From positions 329,295-393,294 of the forward strand of contig JBAZWB010000001.1 of assembly GCA_041660605.1 (NCBI GenBank): a stretch of 64,000 bases of DNA, given 5' to 3'. Of this stretch, positions 9,368-17,029 are shown in pieces. Numbering within the stretch: the first letter of the stretch is position 1; the number at the start of each line of letters is the position of its first letter. The notes beneath the pieces are model-generated. The model was not told the DNA's origin. It saw only the letters and a program-made list of their open reading frames with translations, and made no database searches. Both the position numbers and the translations under genes were made by a program. This stretch comes from Patescibacteria group bacterium. GTDB lineage: Bacteria; Patescibacteriota; Patescibacteriia; UBA10025; JAHIVO01.

Positions 9368-10474
9368 CTATTTGCCGTAGAGGATTGGTTCGGCTTCGCC
9401 GTTCAGAACTGCACAGCCTGCGTTTACCATGGCCTGGGCTTCGAAGCTGCCCGGATGGATGCAATGGAAACGCTTGGGAATGAATTGGGATATTCGTTGC
9501 TGAACGTCAGCGACAAACTGCTTGTCCTGGCACATACCGCCGGTCAGGATCAGGGCGTCAGGTATATAGCCGATTTCTACAACCCGGCCCATGATTTCCG
9601 CGCCGATATTGCAGATCATCGTGTCATAGACCAGTCGGGCGTGCTCATTGCCGTCATTTAAGAGCTGGCGCGCGCCTGCCAGGTCGCGAACACCGAGGTG
9701 GCCGGCCAGACCGCATTTTGTCTGCAACTGTTCCTTGATATGCTGTACGGTTCTGCTTTTTGCCAGCTCGGCCGCGATCCAATCAAGAAATGGCTCGGTC
9801 GGGAGGCTGCCGGCGCGGGTGTCGGAGAAAGGTCCGCCGGCATTGGCGTCGTTGACATTGACCAGGCTTCCTGATCTGAATCCGGCGATGGTAGTGCCAG
9901 TCCCGAAGTGGCAGGCTATAATTGACTTGTCCATCCAGCCGGCACTGAAAAGCGAGCGTAAAATGTAGTGGATATTCAGCCAGTGCCCGAGTGGCCGGCG
10001 TTCAACACCGGGAAGACCGGAGAGCCTGTAGCCTTCAGGCAGAATCTGACCAGAAATCGGGTCAACGAAAATCGCTGGTACGTTGCCATGGGTCAGGGAA
10101 AAATGCTTGGCCATAATCGGGGCAAGTTGGGAGGCGTGAATGGTGTAGAGATGCTTCCTGTTAATAGCGTTGATAACCTCATCGGTGATGCCATAGATGC
10201 CGAAGCCGTTAGGTCGGCCTTTAGCATCCGGTAGCAGTGCCGGTCCGCGGCTGACAACGGCGACAATACATCCCGAGCCAATGATATTGCTTTTTTCCGT
10301 AAGCCAGCTTGCCAGTTCTTGCTGGCGCAGGGGAAGCTGGTCCTCCACACATGGCGGATAGGGCTCGGCCGGCCTTGTTTTGTCGCAGAAAATGATTTCG
10401 CTTGATTCCGCGTTGGCCAGGGTGAATTCGTTTCCGCTTCCGCCAGGATTAATGCCTAGGATTATTTTTTCCAT
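9368..10474 (-). CDS. Acetate/butyrate kinase family (ASKHA) protein, butyrate-kinase-like
   Basis: 368 aa. N-terminal LGINPGGSG(N)EF phosphate loop. Central HFGTGTT and C-terminal GGM motifs typical of acetate/butyrate kinases. AAGGAGG SD upstream. Confidence 0.6.
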   Translation of the reverse strand: MEKIILGINPGGSGNEFTLANAESSEIIFCDKTRPAEPYPPCVEDQLPLRQQELASWLTEKSNIIGSGCIVAVVSRGPALLPDAKGRPNGFGIYGITDEVINAINRKHLYTIHASQLAPIMAKHFSLTHGNVPAIFVDPISGQILPEGYRLSGLPGVERRPLGHWLNIHYILRSLFSAGWMDKSIIACHFGTGTTIAGFRSGSLVNVNDANAGGPFSDTRAGSLPTEPFLDWIAAELAKSRTVQHIKEQLQTKCGLAGHLGVRDLAGARQLLNDGNEHARLVYDTMICNIGAEIMGRVVEIGYIPDALILTGGMCQDKQFVADVQQRISQFIPKRFHCIHPGSFEAQAMVNAGCAVLNGEAEPILYGK

Positions 10475-10676
10475 AATTCCCTCCTTATGGGAATAAAGTG
10501 TGCTTTATTTGGGTTTTATTTTCTTTAATTAGATAACCTTAGCAAAAGTTTATAAGAGCGTCAAATAAGATTATTAGGTGCATAAAAAAGCGCCGGAGCG
10601 TTCTGGTCCGGCTTTGTGTCAGCATTTAAAAAAGTTTAAGGCATTATAAAAAGCTTACTACAAAATAAGCCAACGT

Positions 10677-10775
10677 TGGTGGCGGAGCGGACCCCGCCAG
10701 CGCTCACTTCGTTCGCTACGGCGGGGCAGGCGGGACTTTTAAACCCGTGACCTCTGCCGTGACCCCGCAGAATGC
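10677..10775 (-). pseudogene. Two degenerate partial copies of the tRNA-Asp 3' half in direct orientation downstream of the intact tRNA
   Basis: Minus-strand 10731-10775 reads GCGGGGTCACGGCAGAGGTCACGGGTTTAAAAGTCCCGCCTGCCCC (anticodon-stem to T-arm with a degenerate T-loop). 10677-10700 reads ...GGTCCGCTCCGCCACCA (acceptor 3' strand-like + CCA). Confidence 0.5.
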
Positions 10776-10822
10776 TCATTTTATTCGCATCTACGGGGCA
10801 GGCAGTGCAGTTTGTATATAAA

Positions 10823-10896
10823 CGGAGCGGACGGGACTCGAACCCGTGACCTCTGCCGTGACAGGGCAGCGTTCTAGCCAGCTGAACTACCGCTCC
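10823..10896 (-). tRNA. tRNA-Asp (anticodon GUC)
   Basis: Minus-strand sequence GGAGCGGTAGTTCAGCTGGCTAGAACGCTGCCCTGTCACGGCAGAGGTCACGGGTTCGAGTCCCGTCCGCTCCG folds as a cloverleaf. Anticodon loop CUGUCAC, T-loop TTCGAGT, discriminator G; CCA is not encoded. Confidence 0.85.
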
Positions 10897-10920
10897 ACGA
10901 ACGCGAAAATTTGAGTAATT

Positions 10921-11277
10921 CTATTTTTTATCCGGTGCCGGCAATTCTTTGAGCAGCGCGGTAAATGCCTGCGGTTCATGCTCGGCCAGATTGGCCAAAG
11001 ACTTACGATCCAGATTAATCTTGGCTTTTTTCAGGCCGTACATTAATTTGCTATAAGTAAGGCCATTCAGCCTGGCAGCGGCATTTATTTTGATATTCCA
11101 TAAGCGCCGGAAAACACGTTTTTTCTTGCGGCGATCGCGGTAAGCGTGAACGCCGGCTTTCAGCACGGCGGTTTTGGCCAGCTTGATTTTTGACTTTCTG
11201 CCCCAGCGAAAACCCTTGGTCCGCTTCAGCAGATTAGCGCGTCGTTTTGAATGTGAGACACCTCGTTTTACCCGCAT
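10921..11277 (-). CDS. rplT: 50S ribosomal protein L20
   Basis: 118 aa, MRVKRGVxxxKRR... with conserved L20 basic N-terminus; in the infC-rpmI-rplT operon order. Confidence 0.9.
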   Translation of the reverse strand: MRVKRGVSHSKRRANLLKRTKGFRWGRKSKIKLAKTAVLKAGVHAYRDRRKKKRVFRRLWNIKINAAARLNGLTYSKLMYGLKKAKINLDRKSLANLAEHEPQAFTALLKELPAPDKK

Positions 11278-11278
11278 A

Positions 11279-11476
11279 TTAGTTGTAAGGAGTTAATTGT
11301 CTGATAGCTCTGATGTTTGTCTTATTCGCCGAAACATCGCGGCGTTTATTCTTAGTCACCTTGCCGGATTCGCGGGAGTTAAAATGATCCTGTCCGGCTT
11401 TTCGGCGTTTCAGGTTTTTGGCGCCCGTATATCTGAATCTTTTGGCAGTTGCTTTGTGTGTTTTTACCTTTGGCAT
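11279..11476 (-). CDS. rpmI: 50S ribosomal protein L35
   Basis: MPKVKTHKATAKRFRYTGAK... is the canonical L35 N-terminus. Start taken at the internal Met of the 68-aa ORF. Confidence 0.85.
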   Translation of the reverse strand: MPKVKTHKATAKRFRYTGAKNLKRRKAGQDHFNSRESGKVTKNKRRDVSANKTNIRAIRQLTPYN

Positions 11477-11536
11477 ATTATTCAATGTATATTAAAAATG
11501 CTATTTAGTCTAGCTGTGGATTAAATTGAGGTAATA

Positions 11537-12067
11537 TTACGACTTTTTACCGACAATCATGAACATCCGTCCGCCCTGCTGAGTTGTCCCTTTCTCAATA
11601 TAGGCTTGTGTGCTGGCAGTCAGCGAATCGGCAAAATTTTTCATGATTTCCCTGGCCCGGTCAGCGTGCGCCCTTTCCCGGCCGCGCAGTATCAGCTCAA
11701 TCTTGGCCTTATGTCCCTTATTCAGGAATTTGACGGCCTGATCTTTTCTTAATTCCAGGTCATGCGGCCCGATTTTCAGCGACAAACGAATGCCTTTAAT
11801 TTCCACTTTTTTTTGTTTGGCCTTCTGCTTCTTTTCTTTTTTCTCCTGTTGGTACAGATAGGCGCCGTAATCCATGATTCGGCAGACCGGCGGATTGGCG
11901 ATAGGCGAGACCTCAACCAAATCAAGTCCTTTGTCTCTGGCTATCTGCAGGGCGCGATAGGTATCGACAACTCCCAGCTGTTCGCCCTGGTCATCGATAA
12001 CCCTGACCTGGGGAACTCTAATCTGATGATTTAAACGTGTGTGCTTACTGATGTTTTTATCGTTAAT
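11537..12067 (-). CDS. infC: Translation initiation factor IF-3 (probable non-AUG start; exact start uncertain)
   Basis: RLNHQIRVPQVRVIDDQGEQLGVV matches the IF3 N-domain consensus; C-domain conserved. IF3 genes classically start with AUU. The ORF-track N-terminal extension overlaps the GIY-YIG gene stop. Confidence 0.75.
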   Translation of the reverse strand: MNDKNISKHTRLNHQIRVPQVRVIDDQGEQLGVVDTYRALQIARDKGLDLVEVSPIANPPVCRIMDYGAYLYQQEKKEKKQKAKQKKVEIKGIRLSLKIGPHDLELRKDQAVKFLNKGHKAKIELILRGRERAHADRAREIMKNFADSLTASTQAYIEKGTTQQGGRMFMIVGKKS

Positions 12068-12329
12068 GATTAAATTTTGTGGGATGACCAAATTTAATTA
12101 ATTTTTCCTTTTTTTCTCTACGCCAGCCTTTGATTTGTTTTTCGCGTTTTCTAGCTGACTTAAGATTATCAAACTTTTCAAAATAAACAAGCTTTACTGG
12201 TAACCTTATTTGTGTAAATTTTGGACCATTACCCTTGTTATGCCTTTTAACTCTTAAGAGTAGGTTATTAGTGGTGCCTGTATATAGTGAATTATCAGAG
12301 CATCTAAGGATGTAGAGATAATAAATCAT
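12063..12329 (-). CDS. Small GIY-YIG nuclease domain protein (COG2827/URI-type)
   Basis: 88 aa. YYLYILRCSDNSLYTGTTNNLLLRVKRHN = GIY-YIG motifs with conserved Arg and His-Asn; C-terminal basic tail. Confidence 0.75.
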   Translation of the reverse strand: MIYYLYILRCSDNSLYTGTTNNLLLRVKRHNKGNGPKFTQIRLPVKLVYFEKFDNLKSARKREKQIKGWRREKKEKLIKFGHPTKFNH

Positions 12330-12372
12330 TTATAATTAAATTTATTACTCTGTATATTTGTATATCTGTGCT

Positions 12373-12612
12373 CTTCGGCTTCGCTCAGCCCACCATTCGA
12401 CTCGTTACATTTTGAATATTGTATATGAACTAAATATCATTTTGGTCGAATACCATGAGCGACGAGCGATAGCGAGGAGTCGAATTTATTGGGCTTCGGC
12501 TACGCTCAGCCCACCATTCGACTCGTTACATTTTGAATATTGTATATGAACTAAATATCATTTTGGTCGAAGACCATGAGCGAGCCACTTAATGTGGCGA
12601 GTCGAATGGTGG
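12373..12612. repeat. Two tandem ~121-bp direct repeats, each carrying an inverted copy of the ssrA 3' terminus/flank (CCACCATTCGACTCG)
   Basis: Unit 1 at 12373-12472 and unit 2 at 12494-12583 are >95% identical. CCCACCATTCGACTCG in each unit is the reverse complement of CGAGTCGAATGGTGG at 12598-12612, which overlaps the tmRNA CCA end. Confidence 0.6.
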
Positions 12613-13009
12613 AAGCGAGGGGCATTGCACCCCTGTCCAACCTAACCTTATAAAAATGTTTACAAACTTAGCCTATTTTGAAGTTTCGAAAAAAAAGTAT
12701 AAAACAAGCAAAATCTTTTAATCCTAGTATTTTTCAAGTATTCGACAGCCATTGAAAATACTAAAATGACGGTCTAGCCCGAAAATATCACCGCTTGGCC
12801 TCTATCGGGCGTCAAGGAAGCGATGGCAGCTGGTTTTTTAGGCAACTGCGAGTGCAGGAACAGCAAAGGCCGAAGCCAAGGTGTTCTTCACTTTTGTAAC
12901 AAATGATTTGGCATTTGTATAATAGTTATCCCAGTTTTACGTCGTAGAATAACCGTAAGGACGGTTTGCGATTTTTATAAAAGTGCGGCTGTCGATTTTA
13001 AACGCTCCC
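12607..13009 (-). ncRNA. ssrA: tmRNA (ssrA), ~403 nt, not present in the ORF track
   Basis: 5' GGGAGCG pairs with 3' CGCUUCC-ACCA giving the G3:U70 Ala identity pair. Conserved 5' AAUCGACAGCC (cf. UUCGACGGG). T-arm-like AGGGG-UGCAAUG-CCCCU. Internal frame ends ...GCA CUC GCA GUU GCC UAA (tag ...ALAVA-stop). Immediately downstream of smpB. Confidence 0.7.
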
Positions 13010-13116
13010 AGGAGAATATGAGGAAACAACCTAACGGTTTTTTCCTCATTACTCCTATTTCCCTCATTTGTTTTGCTCGGCCCGGGGCCCACAAGACCCG
13101 TGGCCTCGCAGTTTAT

Positions 13117-13566
13117 TTAAATTTTACTGCGTAATAATCGGTTTATGCGCCTATCTGATTCACGTTTCTTCAGGACCTCGCGCTTATCAAATTTCTTACG
13201 TCCGCGGCAAACAGCCACCTCAAATTTTATCAGACTTCCTTTAGTATAAACAGAAATAGGCAATACTGTCAACCCTTTAGCCTTCAGGGTGCCTATCAAA
13301 GAGGAAATTTCTTTTTTATGCAAAAGCAGAGTTCGATTGCGGTTTGGATCGTACTTTTTACGCGTTGAAGCGCTTTTATACGGGCTAATATGGCAGTTTG
13401 TCAGAATAAGGCGGTTGTCTTTTATGGCAATGTAGCTGCCATTAAGATTAATTTGCCCGGCTTTGGCGGATTTTACTTCCGCACCTGACAGCACGATTCC
13501 AGCTTCGTATTTATCCAAAACTTCATAATCGTGCAGGGCTTTTTTGTTTTTAATGATTGTCGGCAT
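13117..13566 (-). CDS. smpB: SsrA-binding protein SmpB
   Basis: MPTIIKNKKALHDYEVLDKYEAGIVLSGAEVKS... matches SmpB over its full length. Start taken at the internal Met of the 185-aa ORF. Confidence 0.85.
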   Translation of the reverse strand: MPTIIKNKKALHDYEVLDKYEAGIVLSGAEVKSAKAGQINLNGSYIAIKDNRLILTNCHISPYKSASTRKKYDPNRNRTLLLHKKEISSLIGTLKAKGLTVLPISVYTKGSLIKFEVAVCRGRKKFDKREVLKKRESDRRINRLLRSKI

Positions 13567-13596
13567 AGTAAGGTAATTATATCTTATTTGGCTGAT

Positions 13597-13641
13597 TAAA
13601 AAAACGCCTTCAGGGATCCGTGATAAACGGGTCTGAAGGCG
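13597..13641 (-). terminator. Terminator hairpin between the DUF151-like gene and smpB (minus strand)
   Basis: CGCCTTCAG-loop-CTGAAGGCG with A7 on the plus strand (T7 on minus) immediately after. Confidence 0.5.
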
Positions 13642-13648
13642 CTGATTA

Positions 13649-14236
13649 TCAGTTGAGGTTTTTATATTCCCCAAAATAATCGCTGGATATGGCGCCTAAA
13701 CGCACAGAACGCCCCGGTACTTGATCTGTTGGAGTATCATCGTAGAACTCTACTTCGACCCGTTCAGTGGTTTCGAGCAAGCCTACTTCAGCCAGCAGGG
13801 GAATCGGTTGCCCGTAGAAACGGGCAGAATAGTAAATCTGCAAAGCGATATACGGGCTGGAAAGAGTCATGACAATGGCTTCGGTTTCATTAGGAACCGA
13901 TAAAACCATTTCTGTTATCAGAAATTCCGGATGGTTCCTGAGCCTGATGGCTGTCACGACTGAACCGTTGGGTGCGCCCAACTGCTCAATAAGCTTTTCA
14001 GGCAATCTGGCTTTTGGCAATTCGCCGTGAAGTAGATTGCAGATGTCCTCCGCCTGTTTTTCGCTAATCAGTAAGAGCATCCAACGCTGGTTAGTTTCCG
14101 CATCTTTTAAGATGACCACCCCGGCTTCATCTTCAGGTAATTCCAAAGAGCTTTCTTGCCCCTCTCGAATTACGTATTCAGCTCCGCCAATAGCGAAGAC
14201 ATTGACTTCCACGAAATCAGGTTGTTCCGTTTGCAT
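13649..14236 (-). CDS. Hypothetical protein with tandem DUF151 / bifunctional-nuclease-like halves (tentative)
   Basis: 195 aa. VVILKDAETNQRWMLLLISEKQAEDICNLLHGELPKARLPEKLI resembles the DUF151 core (VVLLKDxxGxxLPIWIGxxEAxAI...). A second degenerate half follows. Confidence 0.4.
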   Translation of the reverse strand: MQTEQPDFVEVNVFAIGGAEYVIREGQESSLELPEDEAGVVILKDAETNQRWMLLLISEKQAEDICNLLHGELPKARLPEKLIEQLGAPNGSVVTAIRLRNHPEFLITEMVLSVPNETEAIVMTLSSPYIALQIYYSARFYGQPIPLLAEVGLLETTERVEVEFYDDTPTDQVPGRSVRLGAISSDYFGEYKNLN

Positions 14237-14423
14237 TTACTCTCCTTATTATTAAAAAGAGCGATAAAAGAAGTTAATTAGATAATCGTAGTTTAAGCTG
14301 AAGTAAACGTCAAGTGAGTAAATTGGGATATATATTTATTTAAAGATTGTGGATAAGTGGCGCTTGACTAATTTTGTCGGTAGTGATAATCTGTCAATGT
14401 GTTAATACATTGATACATCCAAT

Positions 14424-14729
14424 ATGCCAAAAAGATCAATTTCCTGGAATCAAAAAAAGACGAATGATTTATTTTCCGCCATATTATTGCTGAAAAATAC
14501 CGATGAGTGCCGCCGATTTTTCAGGGATCTGTGCACCTTAGAAGAAATAGCGGATATGTCGGACCGCTGGCAAATAGTAAAAATGATTATTAGGAAAGTG
14601 CCCTATAGAAGCATTGCCAGCAGATTGAAGGTCAGTACCACTACGGTTGCCAGGGTCGCCCAGTGGCTGCGGCATGGCCAGGATGGCTACCAGCTCATAC
14701 TCAAACGCCTTGGTAATAATAAAACTTGA
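14424..14729 (+). CDS. YerC/YecD-family TrpR-like DNA-binding protein
   Basis: 101 aa. LFSAILLLKNTDECRRFFRDLCTLEEI...IASRLKVSTTTVARVAQWLRHGQDGY matches the YerC/YecD (Trp-repressor-like) family pattern. Confidence 0.65.
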   Translation: MPKRSISWNQKKTNDLFSAILLLKNTDECRRFFRDLCTLEEIADMSDRWQIVKMIIRKVPYRSIASRLKVSTTTVARVAQWLRHGQDGYQLILKRLGNNKT

Positions 14730-14837
14730 TTATTTTTCTTGGTTAAACTAATATAATCCAATCAGCACCTTGCTAAATAGATATTTTTCGGAAGCGACTG
14801 CACCCAACAGTATTACTATCTTCCATGAAGGAGCCAT

Positions 14838-14927
14838 TATGGCTAACAGACGAGGCCAGGTGGAGAGATCCACTAGTACCGTTGTGCTTAAGTGGCTTAC
14901 AATCTTAAAGGAAGCTTTAAGAAAATA
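14838..14927 (+). CDS. Candidate 29-aa peptide (MANRRGQVERSTSTVVLKWLTILKEALRK)
   Basis: ATG preceded by GAAGGAG with 5-nt spacing. Lies in the 660-bp leader upstream of a radical SAM/SPASM gene. Too short for the ORF track. Confidence 0.3.
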
Positions 14928-15128
14928 AGCCTTTGTTAGGAGGAGGATGAATACTTGTTGTGGGTTTTGATGGGTATCACTAAGAACCTTTGCTGGTCTG
15001 CCTTAGCTGTAATCCGCCATGGTGAAGTACGGGTATCGTGCGGATGGGTTGTTGAGTTCAATGAATCGGTATTTTTAAGGTGGAGAGCGGCTTTTGGCCC
15101 GACCATTAACGCAGGCGTATTCCGACTA

Positions 15129-15166
15129 AGGCAGGGGGGACTTCTCCTCCCTGCCGGATTTTTTTA
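15129..15166 (+). terminator. Rho-independent terminator in the leader region (GGCAGGGGGG...CCTCCCTGCC + T8)
   Basis: GC-rich hairpin followed by ATTTTTTTT. Confidence 0.5.
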
Positions 15167-15277
15167 ACTCCTATGAATGATAAAGCTATTCAAAATTTAA
15201 ATCGTGTCCATCATGACAATTTTTTCTCTCCTGAGAAAGGGTTGTGTTGATGCTGAAAATAATTTTCATATAAATTC

Positions 15278-15311
15278 AGCCCCTTCTCGCGAGAGAAGGG
15301 GCTTTTGTTTC
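15278..15311 (+). terminator. Second rho-independent terminator (AGCCCCTTCTC-GCGA-GAGAAGGGGCT + TTTGTTT)
   Basis: Perfect 11-bp stem with tetraloop followed by a T-rich tract, 77 bp before the radical SAM start. Confidence 0.55.
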
Positions 15312-15387
15312 AATAAAAGATTGATACTTGTGGCTGATGCCATTCTCATCATGAGGGAGCCTGAAGTTCTTTGATAAGGAAACTGTC

Positions 15388-16458
15388 ATGAAAGATAATA
15401 AGTTAGCGGATCTCGACCAGAGGTATGTCAGGCCAGGACCGGCTGGATTGCGGTATGGGATAATTGAGGTCACCACTTTTTGCCAATTCCGCTGCCCGGG
15501 CTGTTATATGGTACGGCGCGGAGCGTTGAATCACCGGCATATGTCATTAGATCAGGCGGTACGCGTGCTTGATCTTTGCCGTGATTATTGCGGACGTGAA
15601 CTGGAAACCATGGACATTTTAGGCGGTGAGCCGCTGCTTTGGCCATATTTGAAAGAATATGTGGAGGTATTACTAAAGCGCGGGATTAAGCCGTGGATTT
15701 TCAGTAATATGCTAGGGATTACCGATGAAACGGCTAAGTGGCTATTTGAGCGCCAGGTGCATGTGACCGGCAAACTGAATATCAATCCGGAAGACGAATC
15801 ACAGTTTGCGCTCCAGGCGCAGATGATCGGCTGTAACGTCCAGCTGGCTAAGGAGATGATCAAAGCGATTGATGTTTTCTTGGACGCTGGTTACCGCGCT
15901 CCGCAATTTCGTCTGCAAAACCTGGTGCGCCGGCTGAATATCGATTTTGTGCCGGAGTACTATCGTTGGTGCCTACGGCGCAATATCGAAACTGATTTGG
16001 AATTGATGGGTTCCGGAGAGCCAATCGGGTCGGAATACTGGCTAGTGGCTCCAAGGCCTCAGCAAATCGCGGAAATGATTGAGCGAATCCAGGAGGTGCG
16101 GCAGGAATTTGGTTTGGAGCCGGCGGAAGTGCTGATGCCTCATGTCTTCGGGTCTTGTCCGTTTTATGACAGAGGACTGTACTTTGCCGCAGACGGGAAG
16201 ATTCGTGCCTGCTCTAATTCAACGGTTAATTTAGCCAGTATGTCTGATGATCAGCCCATTGCCAGAGCCTATGAATCAGAGCTAATTTGCCACCGGCTAA
16301 ATTTAGCGCAAGCAAAAGTCGGAGAACCATGCCGGTCTTGCGACAAATGGGAGAAATGCCGCGGCGGTTGCCGGGCGACAGCGGAAGGTTTCGGCGGTCC
16401 ATACGCTGGCTACCCGCTCTGTCCGATGCCATTTCTTACAGGCAGTAAAGCACGTTAG
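15388..16458 (+). CDS. Radical SAM enzyme with C-terminal SPASM/twitch domain (peptide-modifying maturase-like)
   Basis: 356 aa. CQFRCPGC = CX3CX2C radical SAM cluster motif. GGEPLLWP SAM-binding motif. C-terminal CPFYD...C...CRSCDKWEKCRGGCRA cysteine array typical of SPASM. Confidence 0.8.
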   Translation: MKDNKLADLDQRYVRPGPAGLRYGIIEVTTFCQFRCPGCYMVRRGALNHRHMSLDQAVRVLDLCRDYCGRELETMDILGGEPLLWPYLKEYVEVLLKRGIKPWIFSNMLGITDETAKWLFERQVHVTGKLNINPEDESQFALQAQMIGCNVQLAKEMIKAIDVFLDAGYRAPQFRLQNLVRRLNIDFVPEYYRWCLRRNIETDLELMGSGEPIGSEYWLVAPRPQQIAEMIERIQEVRQEFGLEPAEVLMPHVFGSCPFYDRGLYFAADGKIRACSNSTVNLASMSDDQPIARAYESELICHRLNLAQAKVGEPCRSCDKWEKCRGGCRATAEGFGGPYAGYPLCPMPFLTGSKAR

Positions 16459-16511
16459 TCGTAATGGGGACTTAAGATCTAGCAAATTTTAAGTCCCAAC
16501 TTTTTAACATT

Positions 16512-16979
16512 ATGAAAAAAGAAATTATTAAAATTGCCAATAGAAAATTAAAAAAGTTAGCCCAACGGTACGACGGTTTTTTATATGTGATATTGGATGA
16601 CTGGCGCGGCTTCCGTTTTATTTATGATACGTTAGATGTCAGGAAATGCCGCAATGACTGCCAACGCTGTCCTTTATTTAATTTGTTTAAAGAGGAAAAA
16701 GAATCGGTTTTTTCAGCTTCCTTGATTCCCGCCTCGCCGGCCGATAAAAGGTTGTTTGGGTATCAGAATTATTTAAACTGCAAAACCCTTGAGCAGTATA
16801 AAAAATGTTATTTAAATTTTCTGAAGCAGAAAAAATTATCCAAAAGTGAAATTAAAAAAGAATTAAAATTGATAAAAAACATGAGGATTTTATCGGCCCG
16901 TGGCCGTGATCCGAGAAAAGCGGAAGCAGCTTTTAAAAGTGATATTTTTAAAAACTACAAAAAGTTAGATAAAGTATAA
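16512..16979 (+). CDS. Lys-rich hypothetical protein, A+T-rich gene, with a CRNDCQRC (CX3CX2C) cysteine motif
   Basis: 155 aa; starts 54 bp after the radical SAM stop. Composition is markedly more A+T-rich than its neighbours (by eye). Confidence 0.45.
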   Translation: MKKEIIKIANRKLKKLAQRYDGFLYVILDDWRGFRFIYDTLDVRKCRNDCQRCPLFNLFKEEKESVFSASLIPASPADKRLFGYQNYLNCKTLEQYKKCYLNFLKQKKLSKSEIKKELKLIKNMRILSARGRDPRKAEAAFKSDIFKNYKKLDKV

Positions 16980-17029
16980 TAATTTGATAATTTCTTTTCT
17001 TTTACAATTTTTTTGGGTATAATGTATTC

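Noticed and set aside
9368-10474. Possibility that the ASKHA kinase is part of the purine operon or functionally linked to purH
   Set aside because: No known pathway link. Adjacency on the same strand is insufficient, and a separate terminator hairpin follows each gene.
14955-15167. 70-aa TTG-start ORF from the ORF track, as a confident gene
   Set aside because: It has a good SD spacing but terminates inside a strong terminator hairpin and has no homolog recognisable by eye. It is kept only as a candidate precursor in the findings, not as a feature.
16512-16979. CX3CX2C motif (CRNDCQRC) in the 155-aa Lys-rich protein as evidence of a second radical SAM enzyme
   Set aside because: The protein is far too small and lacks the GGEP and other SAM-binding elements. 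The motif is noted only as a possible metal site.
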